Positions 9,055 through 19,212 of a stretch of 64,000 bases of DNA are shown here, piece by piece (within the stretch, counting starts at the first letter, position 1; every line of letters starts with the position of its first letter). Origin of the DNA: Bacilli bacterium (GTDB lineage: Bacteria > Bacillota_I > Bacilli_A > ML615J-28 > CAG-698); assembly GCA_031553555.1 (NCBI GenBank), contig JAVBLL010000008.1:5662-69661 (forward strand), in the 5' to 3' direction. The notes beneath the pieces were generated by a model. The model ran no database searches. It had not been told where the DNA came from and worked only from the letters and a program-made list of their open reading frames with translations. The position numbers were made by a program, and so were the translations under genes.

Positions 9055-11037
9055 ATGTTTAAAAAGAGTTATGTTTTTTTATTAGCTAGTTTTCTGTTGA
9101 TATTTTCTTTTTTAGTGAATACTAATGCAATTGGAATTGAAGAAGAACTTACGGCATTTGGCTCTAGTTACTATGTATATTCGCAACCAGACTCTAAGGA
9201 TTTAGGGTATGGCGTACAATATTATCGAGATTTAGGATATACAAAGATAAATCAATCTGGTTTGTGTACTAGTCAAATTGCAGGATCTGACGGTGGAGGA
9301 AACTTGGTTTTAGGACAATACTATCACCAACAAGTAAATGTTTTGGAATTAAAAACAACTGAAACGTTAAAAGTTGTTCCATATGCGAATTTAAACACAT
9401 ACAACTGGGTTTTAACATCGGTTAGGAAAAGTGCTGCTTTATATGAAAATGAAAACCCTGGATGGAGAGTAATTGCGGCAATTAATGGGGATTTCTTCAA
9501 CACTAGTTCGCCATATGGATCTACAGGCGTTACTGTAAGTAATGGTGAATATTATAAATCATATACTAATGAAAAAACTTTAGTATTTAAAAACGATGGT
9601 GTTGGAACACAAGTAGTTGCGACAAATGCGACTGCAAGTTCTCCATTTTTGAGCATCTATGATGCCAATGGAAATATTGTTAAAAAGGTTGCTATTGACG
9701 CATTGAACAAGCAACCAGGTGCAAACGAAACAAATGCTTATTTTCTTCAAAGAACAGGAAACAACTCAGCAACTTTTACTACTCAAAAAGCAGAAAAATT
9801 ATGGATGGTAAGAAATGCAGATAAAGCAGTTACAACTATCGTTAATTATTTCTATGGTATTGGAAATATTACTGAATATGTTAGCAATAGTTTTGATATG
9901 GTAAGAGGCGAGTTTGGAATAGCTTCTAATAATCAAGAAGTTAATGATTTACTTAAAGTTGCTACAAAAATAAGACTACAATGGGAATTCACTAATAGTG
10001 CTTTAAAAGATGCCCAAAATTGTGTTAGTGTTCCCCATACGATTTTAGACAATAATGCATATTCACAAGTTGATACTACACGTCATCCTCGTACTATGAT
10101 TGGTTTACGTGCGGATGGCACAATTATTATGATTGTTGTAGATGGTCGTCAAGTGGTTGTTACTTTTCCAGATGAACCATCTAGACCAAATGAATATAAT
10201 GAATTTGGTTATCATGGTGTATGTGGCTCGGAAATGGGCGTTATTATGAAATATTATGGTTGTGTTGATGCATGGAACTTAGATGGTGGTGGTTCATCAA
10301 CTATGTTAGTGCGCAAACAAGACAATTGGACAATAAGCTCTGCATACAAGGATACGCCAGATAGTGGGTGGTATGTTACAAATTCACCAAGTGATAAAAG
10401 TGAACGAAGTGATGGAAATTGCTTATTAATAGTTGCTAAAATCCCTACTTATAATACGGTTGCAGTAGTAACATCTAGTACAATTACTTTAAACATTGCT
10501 ACACTTGAAGCTCTTGAGGAATATAAAAATCTTTATATTGAATTAAATGGCATTAAGAAAAAAGTTCAAGATGGCGCAGTGTCTTTTGATGGACTTACTA
10601 GTAATACTACATATGTTTATAAATACTATGCTCAAGTTGATGGTGAATATGTCAATTTATACACGCAAGGTTCGGCAATTACCTATAAGGTCATTCCTAG
10701 TATAACTAAAATTCAAGCCAGCGTAATTTATGTTAATGAGGAAGCAAAATTATTAATTAGGGTGACTTTAGCAAATACTGAAGCGTATAATTCCATAGTC
10801 TTAGTAGTTAACGGTGAAGAATATAAGGCGAAAAGTATGACTTTTACGATTGATTTAACTAATAACATATTAGTCAACGATGATTATAAATTAATCTTAA
10901 CATATGATATCAATGATAAAGAAGGGGCAAAAACAATTGAATTTCCAGATTTCGATTATAATATTGCCTCATCACTTTTAGTGATCGATGCAATTACTAT
11001 TGAATATCAAAATTTAGTAAATAATATTTGGAAATAA
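9055..11037 (+). CDS. Secreted phosphodiester glycosidase (NAGPA) family protein, paralog 2
   Basis: Signal peptide; AAINGDFF, RHPRTMIG, VVDGRQ, NLDGGGSSTM, NSPSD..ER. Confidence 0.9.
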   Translation: MFKKSYVFLLASFLLIFSFLVNTNAIGIEEELTAFGSSYYVYSQPDSKDLGYGVQYYRDLGYTKINQSGLCTSQIAGSDGGGNLVLGQYYHQQVNVLELKTTETLKVVPYANLNTYNWVLTSVRKSAALYENENPGWRVIAAINGDFFNTSSPYGSTGVTVSNGEYYKSYTNEKTLVFKNDGVGTQVVATNATASSPFLSIYDANGNIVKKVAIDALNKQPGANETNAYFLQRTGNNSATFTTQKAEKLWMVRNADKAVTTIVNYFYGIGNITEYVSNSFDMVRGEFGIASNNQEVNDLLKVATKIRLQWEFTNSALKDAQNCVSVPHTILDNNAYSQVDTTRHPRTMIGLRADGTIIMIVVDGRQVVVTFPDEPSRPNEYNEFGYHGVCGSEMGVIMKYYGCVDAWNLDGGGSSTMLVRKQDNWTISSAYKDTPDSGWYVTNSPSDKSERSDGNCLLIVAKIPTYNTVAVVTSSTITLNIATLEALEEYKNLYIELNGIKKKVQDGAVSFDGLTSNTTYVYKYYAQVDGEYVNLYTQGSAITYKVIPSITKIQASVIYVNEEAKLLIRVTLANTEAYNSIVLVVNGEEYKAKSMTFTIDLTNNILVNDDYKLILTYDINDKEGAKTIEFPDFDYNIASSLLVIDAITIEYQNLVNNIWK

Positions 11038-11044
11038 TTACTAG

Positions 11045-11071
11045 GCGAAGTGATAAATCACTTCGTTTTTT
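11045..11071 (+). terminator. Intrinsic terminator
   Basis: GCGAAGTGAT-AA-ATCACTTCGT followed by T tract. Confidence 0.8.
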
Positions 11072-11073
11072 GC

Positions 11074-11102
11074 TTGCATAATCATCTAAAATATAGTATA
11101 AT
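11074..11102 (+). promoter_or_regulatory. sigma-A promoter
   Basis: TTGCAT-N17-TATAAT. Confidence 0.65.
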
Positions 11103-11123
11103 AAATAAGTAGAGGTGATTAAA

Positions 11124-13055
11124 ATGAAGGAAAATTTTAAGAAAATATTTATTTATATTTTTACAATTTTACTTTTAGGAGTGGGTGTTGTTATGACTGG
11201 TCCAATTAATGTTAATGCAGAAGTTGAAAAAACATCATTGAATGGTTCTACTTATTATGTTGATGAAACTCCAGATGAAAGAAATTTAGGTTATGGTGTC
11301 AATTATCGACGCGAAATTGCCCATACTACACTTGATGTTGAAGGAAAAGGTACTGGAAATGCTGCTGGCTTAGGTGGTGGCGGTCCAATTGAAATAAATG
11401 TGGATTATCCACAACAAGTTAATGTTTTAGAATTTAATGTCAATGATGATATTCAACTAGTACCATGGGCGGTATTGACTAGTACATCATGGAATGTAAT
11501 TACGGTCCGTAATGCGGCTACTAATTATGAAAGTTATCACCCAGGGTGGAAAGTAGTTGCCGCCGTAAATGGGGATTTCTTTCAAATAAATACAACCCAC
11601 GAGTCAAATGGGGTTACTGTTTCACAAGGTGATTATTTTAAAGGAACTTCATCTAATGCAACAATTGGTGTAAAAAACAATGGTGTTGGAAAGCAATTAG
11701 TTCAAACTAGTAAAATTCAATCAGCTCCGTTTTTAACTATATATAACGCTGCTGGCGAAGAGATAAAACACGTTGCTATCAATAAACTTAATACAGCGCC
11801 TGGTGCTAATGAAATTTCTTTATACTGTGCTAATGAATTTACAAATTTAAGTAATGTTTGGACGGTTACAAAGCCAACTCAAGCAGTTAATTTGGGAAGC
11901 TTTTATGGCAAAGGAAAAATCACAAGTTATGAAAAATCACTTTCAACATTAGAAAGTTATCAATTTGCAATTGCATCAAATAATGAAGAAATTAATGCTT
12001 TACTTGGAACTGATGTTCTAATTAGAGCGCAATATGAGTTTACTGATCCTTCAGTTGCTGATATTGATAGTTTTTTTGGAGTTGGTCAAACACCAATCCT
12101 GGTTAATAATGTACCAAATGATTCTGATAAAAATCGTCATCCACGTACTGTAATTGGTCAAAAAGAAGATGGAACAATAGTCTGTGCAGTTATTGATGGA
12201 CGTCAACCAGATTTAAATATGTATGGCGCGACATTCTCTGAATTATCAGCAATGATGTCTCATTTTGGGTGTGTAGATGCTTGGAATTTGGATGGTGGGG
12301 GCTCATCAACTTTACTTGTTCGTAAACAAGAAGGTTGGGATTATGCTAATGGGTTTAATAATACTGCAACAGCTATGAGCAACTGGTATGTTACCAATTC
12401 ACCAAGTGATGGAAATGAAAGATCAGATGGTAACTGTTTATTAATAGTTGCAAAAGTCCCAGAAATTGTTTATGATTTTGAAAATATTACAAAATCATCA
12501 ATTACTGTATGCCTTGCACAATTAACGGTTATTGAAAAATATTCTGAGTTATATATTACTCTTAACGGAGAAAGAAAGAAAGTTGTCAATGGTAAAGCCA
12601 CTTTTAATGGATTAGCTACTGATACATCTTATAAAGCTAGAGTATATGCTTTAGTAGGTGATGAATATCGTGACTTGATGACATATGCTACTATATCCAC
12701 GGCTTTAGAAATGACCTCGGTTGATTTTATTAAATACAATTTTACCACAAGAGCAGAGAAAGATTATATTTCTTTAACATTTAACTATCTTGACCGTAAA
12801 CCAATTTCAGGAGTGTCAATTACTCTAAATGGTGTTGAATATATTACAAGTGGTCAAACTCTAAATATTCCAAAAACAGCCGCTAATATAAAGGCATTAT
12901 ATAATTGTACTTACGTGATTATTTATGATTTAAATGATTTAAAAGGAAGACAATATTTGGAATTACAAAACTGTAAAATTGACTTTAATTATAATTATTT
13001 ACAAGAAGAACAACTAACAGCTATTAGTGGAAGCATTGAATCAATGTTTAAATAA
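11124..13055 (+). CDS. Secreted phosphodiester glycosidase (NAGPA) family protein, paralog 3
   Basis: Signal peptide; AAVNGDFF, RHPRTVIG, VIDGRQ, NLDGGGSSTL, NSPSDGNER; GAGGTG RBS before ATG 11124. Confidence 0.9.
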   Translation: MKENFKKIFIYIFTILLLGVGVVMTGPINVNAEVEKTSLNGSTYYVDETPDERNLGYGVNYRREIAHTTLDVEGKGTGNAAGLGGGGPIEINVDYPQQVNVLEFNVNDDIQLVPWAVLTSTSWNVITVRNAATNYESYHPGWKVVAAVNGDFFQINTTHESNGVTVSQGDYFKGTSSNATIGVKNNGVGKQLVQTSKIQSAPFLTIYNAAGEEIKHVAINKLNTAPGANEISLYCANEFTNLSNVWTVTKPTQAVNLGSFYGKGKITSYEKSLSTLESYQFAIASNNEEINALLGTDVLIRAQYEFTDPSVADIDSFFGVGQTPILVNNVPNDSDKNRHPRTVIGQKEDGTIVCAVIDGRQPDLNMYGATFSELSAMMSHFGCVDAWNLDGGGSSTLLVRKQEGWDYANGFNNTATAMSNWYVTNSPSDGNERSDGNCLLIVAKVPEIVYDFENITKSSITVCLAQLTVIEKYSELYITLNGERKKVVNGKATFNGLATDTSYKARVYALVGDEYRDLMTYATISTALEMTSVDFIKYNFTTRAEKDYISLTFNYLDRKPISGVSITLNGVEYITSGQTLNIPKTAANIKALYNCTYVIIYDLNDLKGRQYLELQNCKIDFNYNYLQEEQLTAISGSIESMFK

Positions 13056-13076
13056 AAAGATAATAGAGAAAATAAG

Positions 13077-14426
13077 ATGAATGATAATTTAAAAATTAAT
13101 GAGTCAATATTATTGACAATAAAAAAAATCGGAATAAATGGTGAAGGTGTTGCCTTCTACAAACGCAAAGCAGTGTTTGTAGAAGGCGCTTTGCCTGATG
13201 AAGTAGTCGAAGTAAAAATCAAAGAAAATTTTGATAAATATGCAACTGGTACAATCATAAAAACTAAAACAACATCAACATATCGTGTTAAGCCGGAATG
13301 CCAATATTATGGGAAATGTGGTGGTTGTCAACTCCAACATTTATCATATGAAGGACAATTAATGGAGAAAAGAAATCTCGTAATTGAAGCTTTTGAAAGA
13401 TATTATGATGGTAGTATGTCGGAAAAAGTCGTTAAAAATACATTAGGTATGGAGACCCCTTGGCATTACCGAAATAAGTCAAGTTTACCATGTCGACATG
13501 ATGGCGATAAAGTAGTTGCCGGGATGTATGCTCTTAATTCCAACCACTTAGTTTTTATAGATAATTGCCCAATTGAAGAAGAATTGATTACCGAAGTGCG
13601 CCAAAATATTTTGAATATTTTAACTAAAGAAAAAGTTGATATATATAATCCAAAATCACATACTGGGTCACTTAGATATATTGTTATTAGAGCCTTTTCA
13701 AAAGAAAATGTTCAAGTTACTTTTGTAATGACAAAAAAAGATATAAAACTAATTAATGTTTTAAAGCAATTAAAAGTAAAATCAACTAGTTATTCAATTA
13801 ATGAAGATCCAAAATCCATTGAAATCTTTGGTGAAGAAATTGTTTATGTAACTGGTAAAGGGATAATTGAAGGGAAACTAAATGATATTAAATTTGAAGT
13901 TTCACCTAATGCTTTTTTCCAATTAAATCAAAAGCAAACCCTAAAACTATATGAAGAAATTAAAAAGGCCTGTAAGCTTACCGGAAATGAGAAGGTAATA
14001 GACTGTTATTGTGGAATAGGAAGTATCGCTCTTTATCTTGCTGATGCAGTTAAAGAAGTTAGGGGCATTGATATAAACCCAATAGGAATTGAAAACGCCA
14101 AGAAAAACGCAAAAATTAATGATATTGACAATGCAAAGTTTTATAGTGGCAACATTCTTCCCCATTTCCATCAATTCAAAGACGAAGGATTCATCTCTGA
14201 TATTTTAGTCGTTGATCCACCACGTAAGGGACTCGAACTTAATATTATTAATTATATACAACGAAGTAATATTAGAAGAATTATTTATGTTTCGTGTAAT
14301 CCTGCAACCCTTGCAAAAAACATTAATCATTTACAAAGAGAATATATTGTTAGATATATTCAACCTGTGGATATGTTTCCTCAAACGGCAAATGTAGAGT
14401 GTGTAGTTTGTTTGGAAAGAAGATAG
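13077..14426 (+). CDS. rlmD: 23S rRNA (uracil-1939-C5)-methyltransferase
   Basis: TRAM domain, CxxxxxCGGCQLQH Fe-S motif, AFFQLN, DCYCGIG, VDPPRKG, YVSCNPATL, DMFPQT. Confidence 0.96.
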   Translation: MNDNLKINESILLTIKKIGINGEGVAFYKRKAVFVEGALPDEVVEVKIKENFDKYATGTIIKTKTTSTYRVKPECQYYGKCGGCQLQHLSYEGQLMEKRNLVIEAFERYYDGSMSEKVVKNTLGMETPWHYRNKSSLPCRHDGDKVVAGMYALNSNHLVFIDNCPIEEELITEVRQNILNILTKEKVDIYNPKSHTGSLRYIVIRAFSKENVQVTFVMTKKDIKLINVLKQLKVKSTSYSINEDPKSIEIFGEEIVYVTGKGIIEGKLNDIKFEVSPNAFFQLNQKQTLKLYEEIKKACKLTGNEKVIDCYCGIGSIALYLADAVKEVRGIDINPIGIENAKKNAKINDIDNAKFYSGNILPHFHQFKDEGFISDILVVDPPRKGLELNIINYIQRSNIRRIIYVSCNPATLAKNINHLQREYIVRYIQPVDMFPQTANVECVVCLERR

Positions 14427-14465
14427 GTATTTTGAATGATGTACAATTCAAAAATGAATAAAATC

Positions 14466-14515
14466 AGCCATTTAACATTTCATCTAATGATGAAACGCTT
14501 AAAATGGCTTTTTTC
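14466..14515 (+). terminator. Intrinsic terminator after rlmD
   Basis: AGCCATTT...TTTCATC-TAAT-GATGAAA...AAAATGGCT followed by T tract. Confidence 0.65.
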
Positions 14516-14809
14516 TTTTGCCAATAATTAGCCTTCCCTCATTTCACAACTTTTTTGTTTAATACTTCTATATTTTTGCAAAATATGATACAATATTGTT
14601 ATAACATGAAAAAATGGTTAATTTATTATGGATTATTTAAAAAAGAAATTATTATGATAAACGGAATTTATTGAAAAGCTTTATCTTAAATATATACATA
14701 TAATAATCATTATTTAAATTTAATTGATTAAGAGCATGAATAACTAAAAAATTGAGTTTACTATGCTTCAAAAATTCGAAATAATTATTTACAAAGAGGT
14801 TATGAGAAA

Positions 14810-15670
14810 ATGAACAGTTTATGGAATGAGAGTAGCTTTCATGATAATATCAAGAATGAAGTAGCTCAGATATGTCGCGGTTTAGGTTATGAAGTAAGAG
14901 AAGAATATAGGGGAAGAGATTGGCGCTCTGATGTCTTAGTTGTGGCAAATGGCAAAAGATATGCTTTTGAAATTCAAACTAGTATTCAATCATTAAACAA
15001 AACGTTAGAGCGACAAGCAAAATATATAAGGGATGGAGTTATAGGCTGCTGGCTATTTGAAAAAGAGCCGACACAGAAAAGTGAATTAGAGAACCTTCCC
15101 CTTTTTAAATTAAATAATAATGTCCAAATAACAGTATCACTTAAAGATAGAAAAGAACTTTCTCTAGATTCATTCATAAAAGATTATTTGCAAGGAAAAA
15201 TAAAGTTTTGTAATAGATTGAATTCACTAGAATTAGAAATTAGATTTATTCAAATGGACTGTTGGAAATGTGGACATGAAAATCATATATATTACATTAG
15301 TGACCTTATTTCACCATGCAATGCAAAAATATTCAGTGGTGATATTGAGATGTGGGTTTCAGACAAATTAATATTTCGCCCTGAAATTAGAATAAAGGTG
15401 ATGGAATATGCTAAAACAACAAAAAACCTAAAAATGGCAACAATTAAAGAGAGATATAGCAAAACAATTGAAAAATCGTATTTGTCTTTTGGATGTTCGA
15501 AATGTGATAGTATTTTTGGAGATTGGTTTGTTCTTGACAATATAATTGATACATGGTATGGTGATGGGGTAATAGATAAAATGACTATTTTAAAGCGCGA
15601 GATACCAGAAGATTTACATAGTGATATTCCACATTGGTGTCATCCAGGTAAAAATGATTTTTGTGAATAA
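14810..15670 (+). CDS. CoiA-like PD-(D/E)XK nuclease with two CxxC pairs
   Basis: RSDVLV...YAFEIQTS nuclease motif; CWKC and CSKC pairs in the C-terminal half. Confidence 0.65.
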   Translation: MNSLWNESSFHDNIKNEVAQICRGLGYEVREEYRGRDWRSDVLVVANGKRYAFEIQTSIQSLNKTLERQAKYIRDGVIGCWLFEKEPTQKSELENLPLFKLNNNVQITVSLKDRKELSLDSFIKDYLQGKIKFCNRLNSLELEIRFIQMDCWKCGHENHIYYISDLISPCNAKIFSGDIEMWVSDKLIFRPEIRIKVMEYAKTTKNLKMATIKERYSKTIEKSYLSFGCSKCDSIFGDWFVLDNIIDTWYGDGVIDKMTILKREIPEDLHSDIPHWCHPGKNDFCE

Positions 15671-15764
15671 AGACTTATATTTTTTTGAAAGGTATCCTGT
15701 TTAAAATTGTCTTATAGATATATCACTATAGTTTAAAATAGTAATGTGCAAACAAGGAGTATTT

Positions 15765-17138
15765 ATGTGTAAAAATGAAATGATTTATGGATTGACATTA
15801 TTATATTCAGAGATAAAATATAATTATGGTATGTTTAATCGTAATCATATTAATCTTGATGATGAATATAAAAAAATATTAAATGAACTAGATAAAATAG
15901 ATACTATATTTGACTATTATATGCTTTTAAAGAGATTTGCGACATTACTTAATGATACTCACACGTTCGTCAGTTTTCCTAATGATGTTTACGAAAAAGA
16001 AAATATTGGAATCTTACCATTTGATATTATATTAATTGATGATAAATGGTATATTAATATGTGGGAAGAAAAGTTTAATGATTTATTTACTCCTTACTGC
16101 GAACTTGTTGAAGTGAACGGTTTAATAACAGAAGATTATTTTGAAAAATATGTTTATCCATATTCATCACATGCATCTTATAAAGATACTTTGGCTATTC
16201 GAAATGTTTTTATTCTTGGTAAAATTGGAAATTCCCTAAATATTCAAATATATAAAGAAAATAAATCAGTTCAAATTGCTATTCCATATATTAATATAAT
16301 TGGAGAGTATAACTGGGTAACATATGAGAAACATAATAATTATTCAAACAAAGCCAAATCATTATATATTTCAGAAGAAAATTGCTTTGAACTATTTGAA
16401 TATAATAATATTGGAATTATTGATTGTTGGAGTTTTAGTAATAATGGACTTATGAAAGAGATGATTAATGAAATTGGTATTCTTAAAGATAAAAAAGGAA
16501 TAATAATTGATTTGAGAGATAATCATGGTGGCAATGGCCCAAATGCTGATGATTTAATAGCTTTATTTGTAAATCAGGATTACTACATTGAAAGGACAAA
16601 TTATCGTGTTCATAAAGCATATGGAAAAGCAAGAGCATATTTTAAAGTATCAAATGGATTAAAAACATATGAAGATTATTTGAAAAAGTATGACATTAAT
16701 GCTAACCCCGAATATCAAGAGTATTATCAGGACTATTATAATCAGCATTTTGAATATAAGGAAGATAAATGTCTGTTAAATAAAAATTATTTAAATATAT
16801 TAAATTCTCCAGTTGTATTACTTGTCGGTCAAAATACCGCCTCAGCGGCAGAGTCATTTGTGATGGCCTATAAATATTTTAATAGAGGAATAATTATAGG
16901 CCAAAGAACAATAGGTGCTGGCGGTCAACCTTTATATTTTTCTCTTCCATTTGGTGGAAATGCTGCAATTAATACAGAGGATAGTTTAATGTTTGACGGA
17001 AAACCATTTAATAATATTGGATATACTCCTGATGTTATTGTAAAGTATTCTATCGATGATTATTGTGACGATAAAAAAAGAAATGTAGATAAAGAATTTG
17101 AACTTGCTATGGAGTATTTTGAAGAATATAAAAAATGA
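15765..17138 (+). CDS. S41 family peptidase
   Basis: LNDTHT, IIDLRDNHGGN, TASAAESF, IIGQRTIGAGG, GYTPDV; AAGGAG RBS before ATG 15765; no signal peptide. Confidence 0.88.
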   Translation: MCKNEMIYGLTLLYSEIKYNYGMFNRNHINLDDEYKKILNELDKIDTIFDYYMLLKRFATLLNDTHTFVSFPNDVYEKENIGILPFDIILIDDKWYINMWEEKFNDLFTPYCELVEVNGLITEDYFEKYVYPYSSHASYKDTLAIRNVFILGKIGNSLNIQIYKENKSVQIAIPYINIIGEYNWVTYEKHNNYSNKAKSLYISEENCFELFEYNNIGIIDCWSFSNNGLMKEMINEIGILKDKKGIIIDLRDNHGGNGPNADDLIALFVNQDYYIERTNYRVHKAYGKARAYFKVSNGLKTYEDYLKKYDINANPEYQEYYQDYYNQHFEYKEDKCLLNKNYLNILNSPVVLLVGQNTASAAESFVMAYKYFNRGIIIGQRTIGAGGQPLYFSLPFGGNAAINTEDSLMFDGKPFNNIGYTPDVIVKYSIDDYCDDKKRNVDKEFELAMEYFEEYKK

Positions 17139-17218
17139 TTTATTTTTATTGATTATGAATGACAAACAATATAAATATTAATTTTATGATTAATAAAAAC
17201 ATTAATGTATAATACCAA

Positions 17219-17247
17219 TTGACAAAATCCAATAATTAAAGTATAAT
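17219..17247 (+). promoter_or_regulatory. Consensus sigma-A promoter
   Basis: TTGACA-N17-TATAAT, perfect. Confidence 0.88.
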
Positions 17248-17292
17248 GATATTATAAAAGTACCAAAAACTAAAAGAAAGGCGGTGTTTATT

Positions 17293-17352
17293 ATGAATAA
17301 TAAAAAATTAAATATAAATTTCGAAGTGAAAACACCAAACTATGTAGCCTGA
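17293..17352 (+). CDS. Putative 19-aa leader peptide MNNKKLNINFEVKTPNYVA
   Basis: Strong RBS GAAAGGCGGTG; lies between the promoter and a terminator that precedes the ATPase/ABC operon. Confidence 0.65.
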   Translation: MNNKKLNINFEVKTPNYVA

Positions 17353-17379
17353 AATAGTTTATTTTTTGATATGCTAGGT

Positions 17380-17410
17380 AAGCACTTCTAATTTTAGAGG
17401 TGCTTTTTTT
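17380..17410 (+). terminator. Attenuator-type terminator in the 5' leader
   Basis: AAGCACTTCTA-ATTT-TAGAGGTGCTT followed by T tract, directly upstream of the next CDS. Confidence 0.8.
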
Positions 17411-17433
17411 ATGGCTACAGAAAGAGGGAAAAT

Positions 17434-19212
17434 ATACATAGATTTAGAAAAATTTTATTGCCAATGCAAGGTAAAAATAAGACTTTGTTACATAAATTGT
17501 ATAATAGAAATTTTGCTATTAAGGAAAATAATTTTATTATTGAAAATGAAAAAGTATTCAAATTTGATTTCCTTAGTTTTTACTTTGAAGGAACTAATGT
17601 TTTAAATACAGAAATGTTATTGATGACTGTTGAGATACCAAAAGAGCATTTTAATATTCATGAAGAGGATTATGAATATTTGATTTCTATTGAGACATTT
17701 TTATTAATGTGTTTATCTAATCCCATTAATGAATTAAGTAAAAATTATATCAATGATGCAAAAAGTCTTAGAGAAAAAGCCCAGTTTAATTCCCAAGAAG
17801 TCAATGAAAATATTATTAGAAGAAATGGCTTATATTATGATAACCTCACTAACTCATTTATCCTAATGATTAAGTTCAATGTTCCTTTAGTTAATGCAGT
17901 TAGTGTGAATTCTAAAAGTGCTATAAAAGCGGTCAAGGAATTACTTGCATTAATTAAAGATAAAGTTGAAAATATTGATTATAGTAAATTAAATGAATAT
18001 ATTTCAACATATAAAAAAGAATTAATAATAAGAAACTATTTACAAGAAAATGATTATATTGTTTTTATTGCTAATGGTAGCATTTTACCCAGAGTTAATG
18101 GCACAAATAAGCCGCTAGAAGCAGCTATTCCTTTTGTCTCGCCAATTGATATGGAAATAACGATTGATGTGGGAGATGCAAAGATGATGGGTATGGGAAT
18201 TAAAAGGGGTATAACAGTTATAACTGGTGGTGGTTATTCTGGTAAAAGTACATTACTAAATGCGATAGAAGAAGGAATATATAACCATATTCCTGGGGAT
18301 GGAAGAGAATTTGCAATCACTAATGTTAATGCATTAGCGATATATGCGGAGGACGGAAGACCTGTATTAAATGAAGATTTAAGACCATTCTTTAACTATT
18401 TGCCATTAACCAATGATTTGTCTAACTTTTCAACAATGCATGCTAGTGGAAGTGTTTCACAAGCAACAAACATCATTGAAGCCATTAATGGTGATATTGA
18501 AGTATTGTTGATTGATGAAGATAAAAGTGCTACTAACTTTATGATTAGAGATAGAATAATGCGCAGTGTTGTTAAAAGGGAACCAATTATTCCTTTCACT
18601 GATAGAGTTAGAGAATTAAAAGAACGACTTAATGTGTCTACCATTTTAGTTATTGGAGGAAGTGGTGAGTATTTTTATTATGCTGATACAATCTTAATTA
18701 TGGAAGATTATATATGCAAGAACATAACTAAAGATATTAAGGAATCAAGGATGTTTATTGAATATTTTAATTATCCAAAAACTGATATTGATATTACAAA
18801 CTGGAAACACCAAAGGTATTTACTTCAAAAAGAAACCACTCAACCCTTTTTATTCTTTAAAACAATTAAGACAGAAAATAATAAACTAATATCATTAGAT
18901 GAATATGTTAGTGACATCACTAGTCTAACACAGATAAAGAATAGTTATCAAATAAATATGTTAGCTAGTATCGTTGAAATGATTCTCGTTGATAAGGAAG
19001 CAGGTAAAAAGGAAATGAAAGAGATAATAATGGAAAAGTTGACTTCTGCATATTCAAATAATAAATTTAATCAAGGAACATACATGACAAGTGGAGAACA
19101 CAGGTGGTATGAAGAGGTGAGAATCGTTGATATTTTGTGCACAATAAACCGAATGAGAGGCATATCATTTTCATCTAATATGAATATGATGAAAAGCAAA
19201 AATGAAAAATAG
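17434..19212 (+). CDS. ABC-class ATPase domain protein (ABC_ATPase, PF09818-like); start uncertain (ATA 17434, TTG 17458 or ATG 17464)
   Basis: FIANGSILPR, ITGGGYSGKSTLL, HIPGDGRE, ASGSVSQA, LLIDEDKSATNFMIRD, EPIIPF; the only RBS (AGAGGG) is spaced for in-frame ATA 17434. Confidence 0.85.
   Translation: MHRFRKILLPMQGKNKTLLHKLYNRNFAIKENNFIIENEKVFKFDFLSFYFEGTNVLNTEMLLMTVEIPKEHFNIHEEDYEYLISIETFLLMCLSNPINELSKNYINDAKSLREKAQFNSQEVNENIIRRNGLYYDNLTNSFILMIKFNVPLVNAVSVNSKSAIKAVKELLALIKDKVENIDYSKLNEYISTYKKELIIRNYLQENDYIVFIANGSILPRVNGTNKPLEAAIPFVSPIDMEITIDVGDAKMMGMGIKRGITVITGGGYSGKSTLLNAIEEGIYNHIPGDGREFAITNVNALAIYAEDGRPVLNEDLRPFFNYLPLTNDLSNFSTMHASGSVSQATNIIEAINGDIEVLLIDEDKSATNFMIRDRIMRSVVKREPIIPFTDRVRELKERLNVSTILVIGGSGEYFYYADTILIMEDYICKNITKDIKESRMFIEYFNYPKTDIDITNWKHQRYLLQKETTQPFLFFKTIKTENNKLISLDEYVSDITSLTQIKNSYQINMLASIVEMILVDKEAGKKEMKEIIMEKLTSAYSNNKFNQGTYMTSGEHRWYEEVRIVDILCTINRMRGISFSSNMNMMKSKNEK

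Noticed and set aside
14560-14790. Possible decayed ORF (MDYLKK..) after the rlmD terminator
   Set aside because: Multiple stops, no SD and no recognisable motif.
17411-17605. 64-aa ORF MATERGK as a gene or as a frameshifted N-terminus of the ATPase
   Set aside because: Its ATG follows the terminator T tract with no SD; the ATPase frame is already open to an SD-spaced ATA, so no frameshift is needed.
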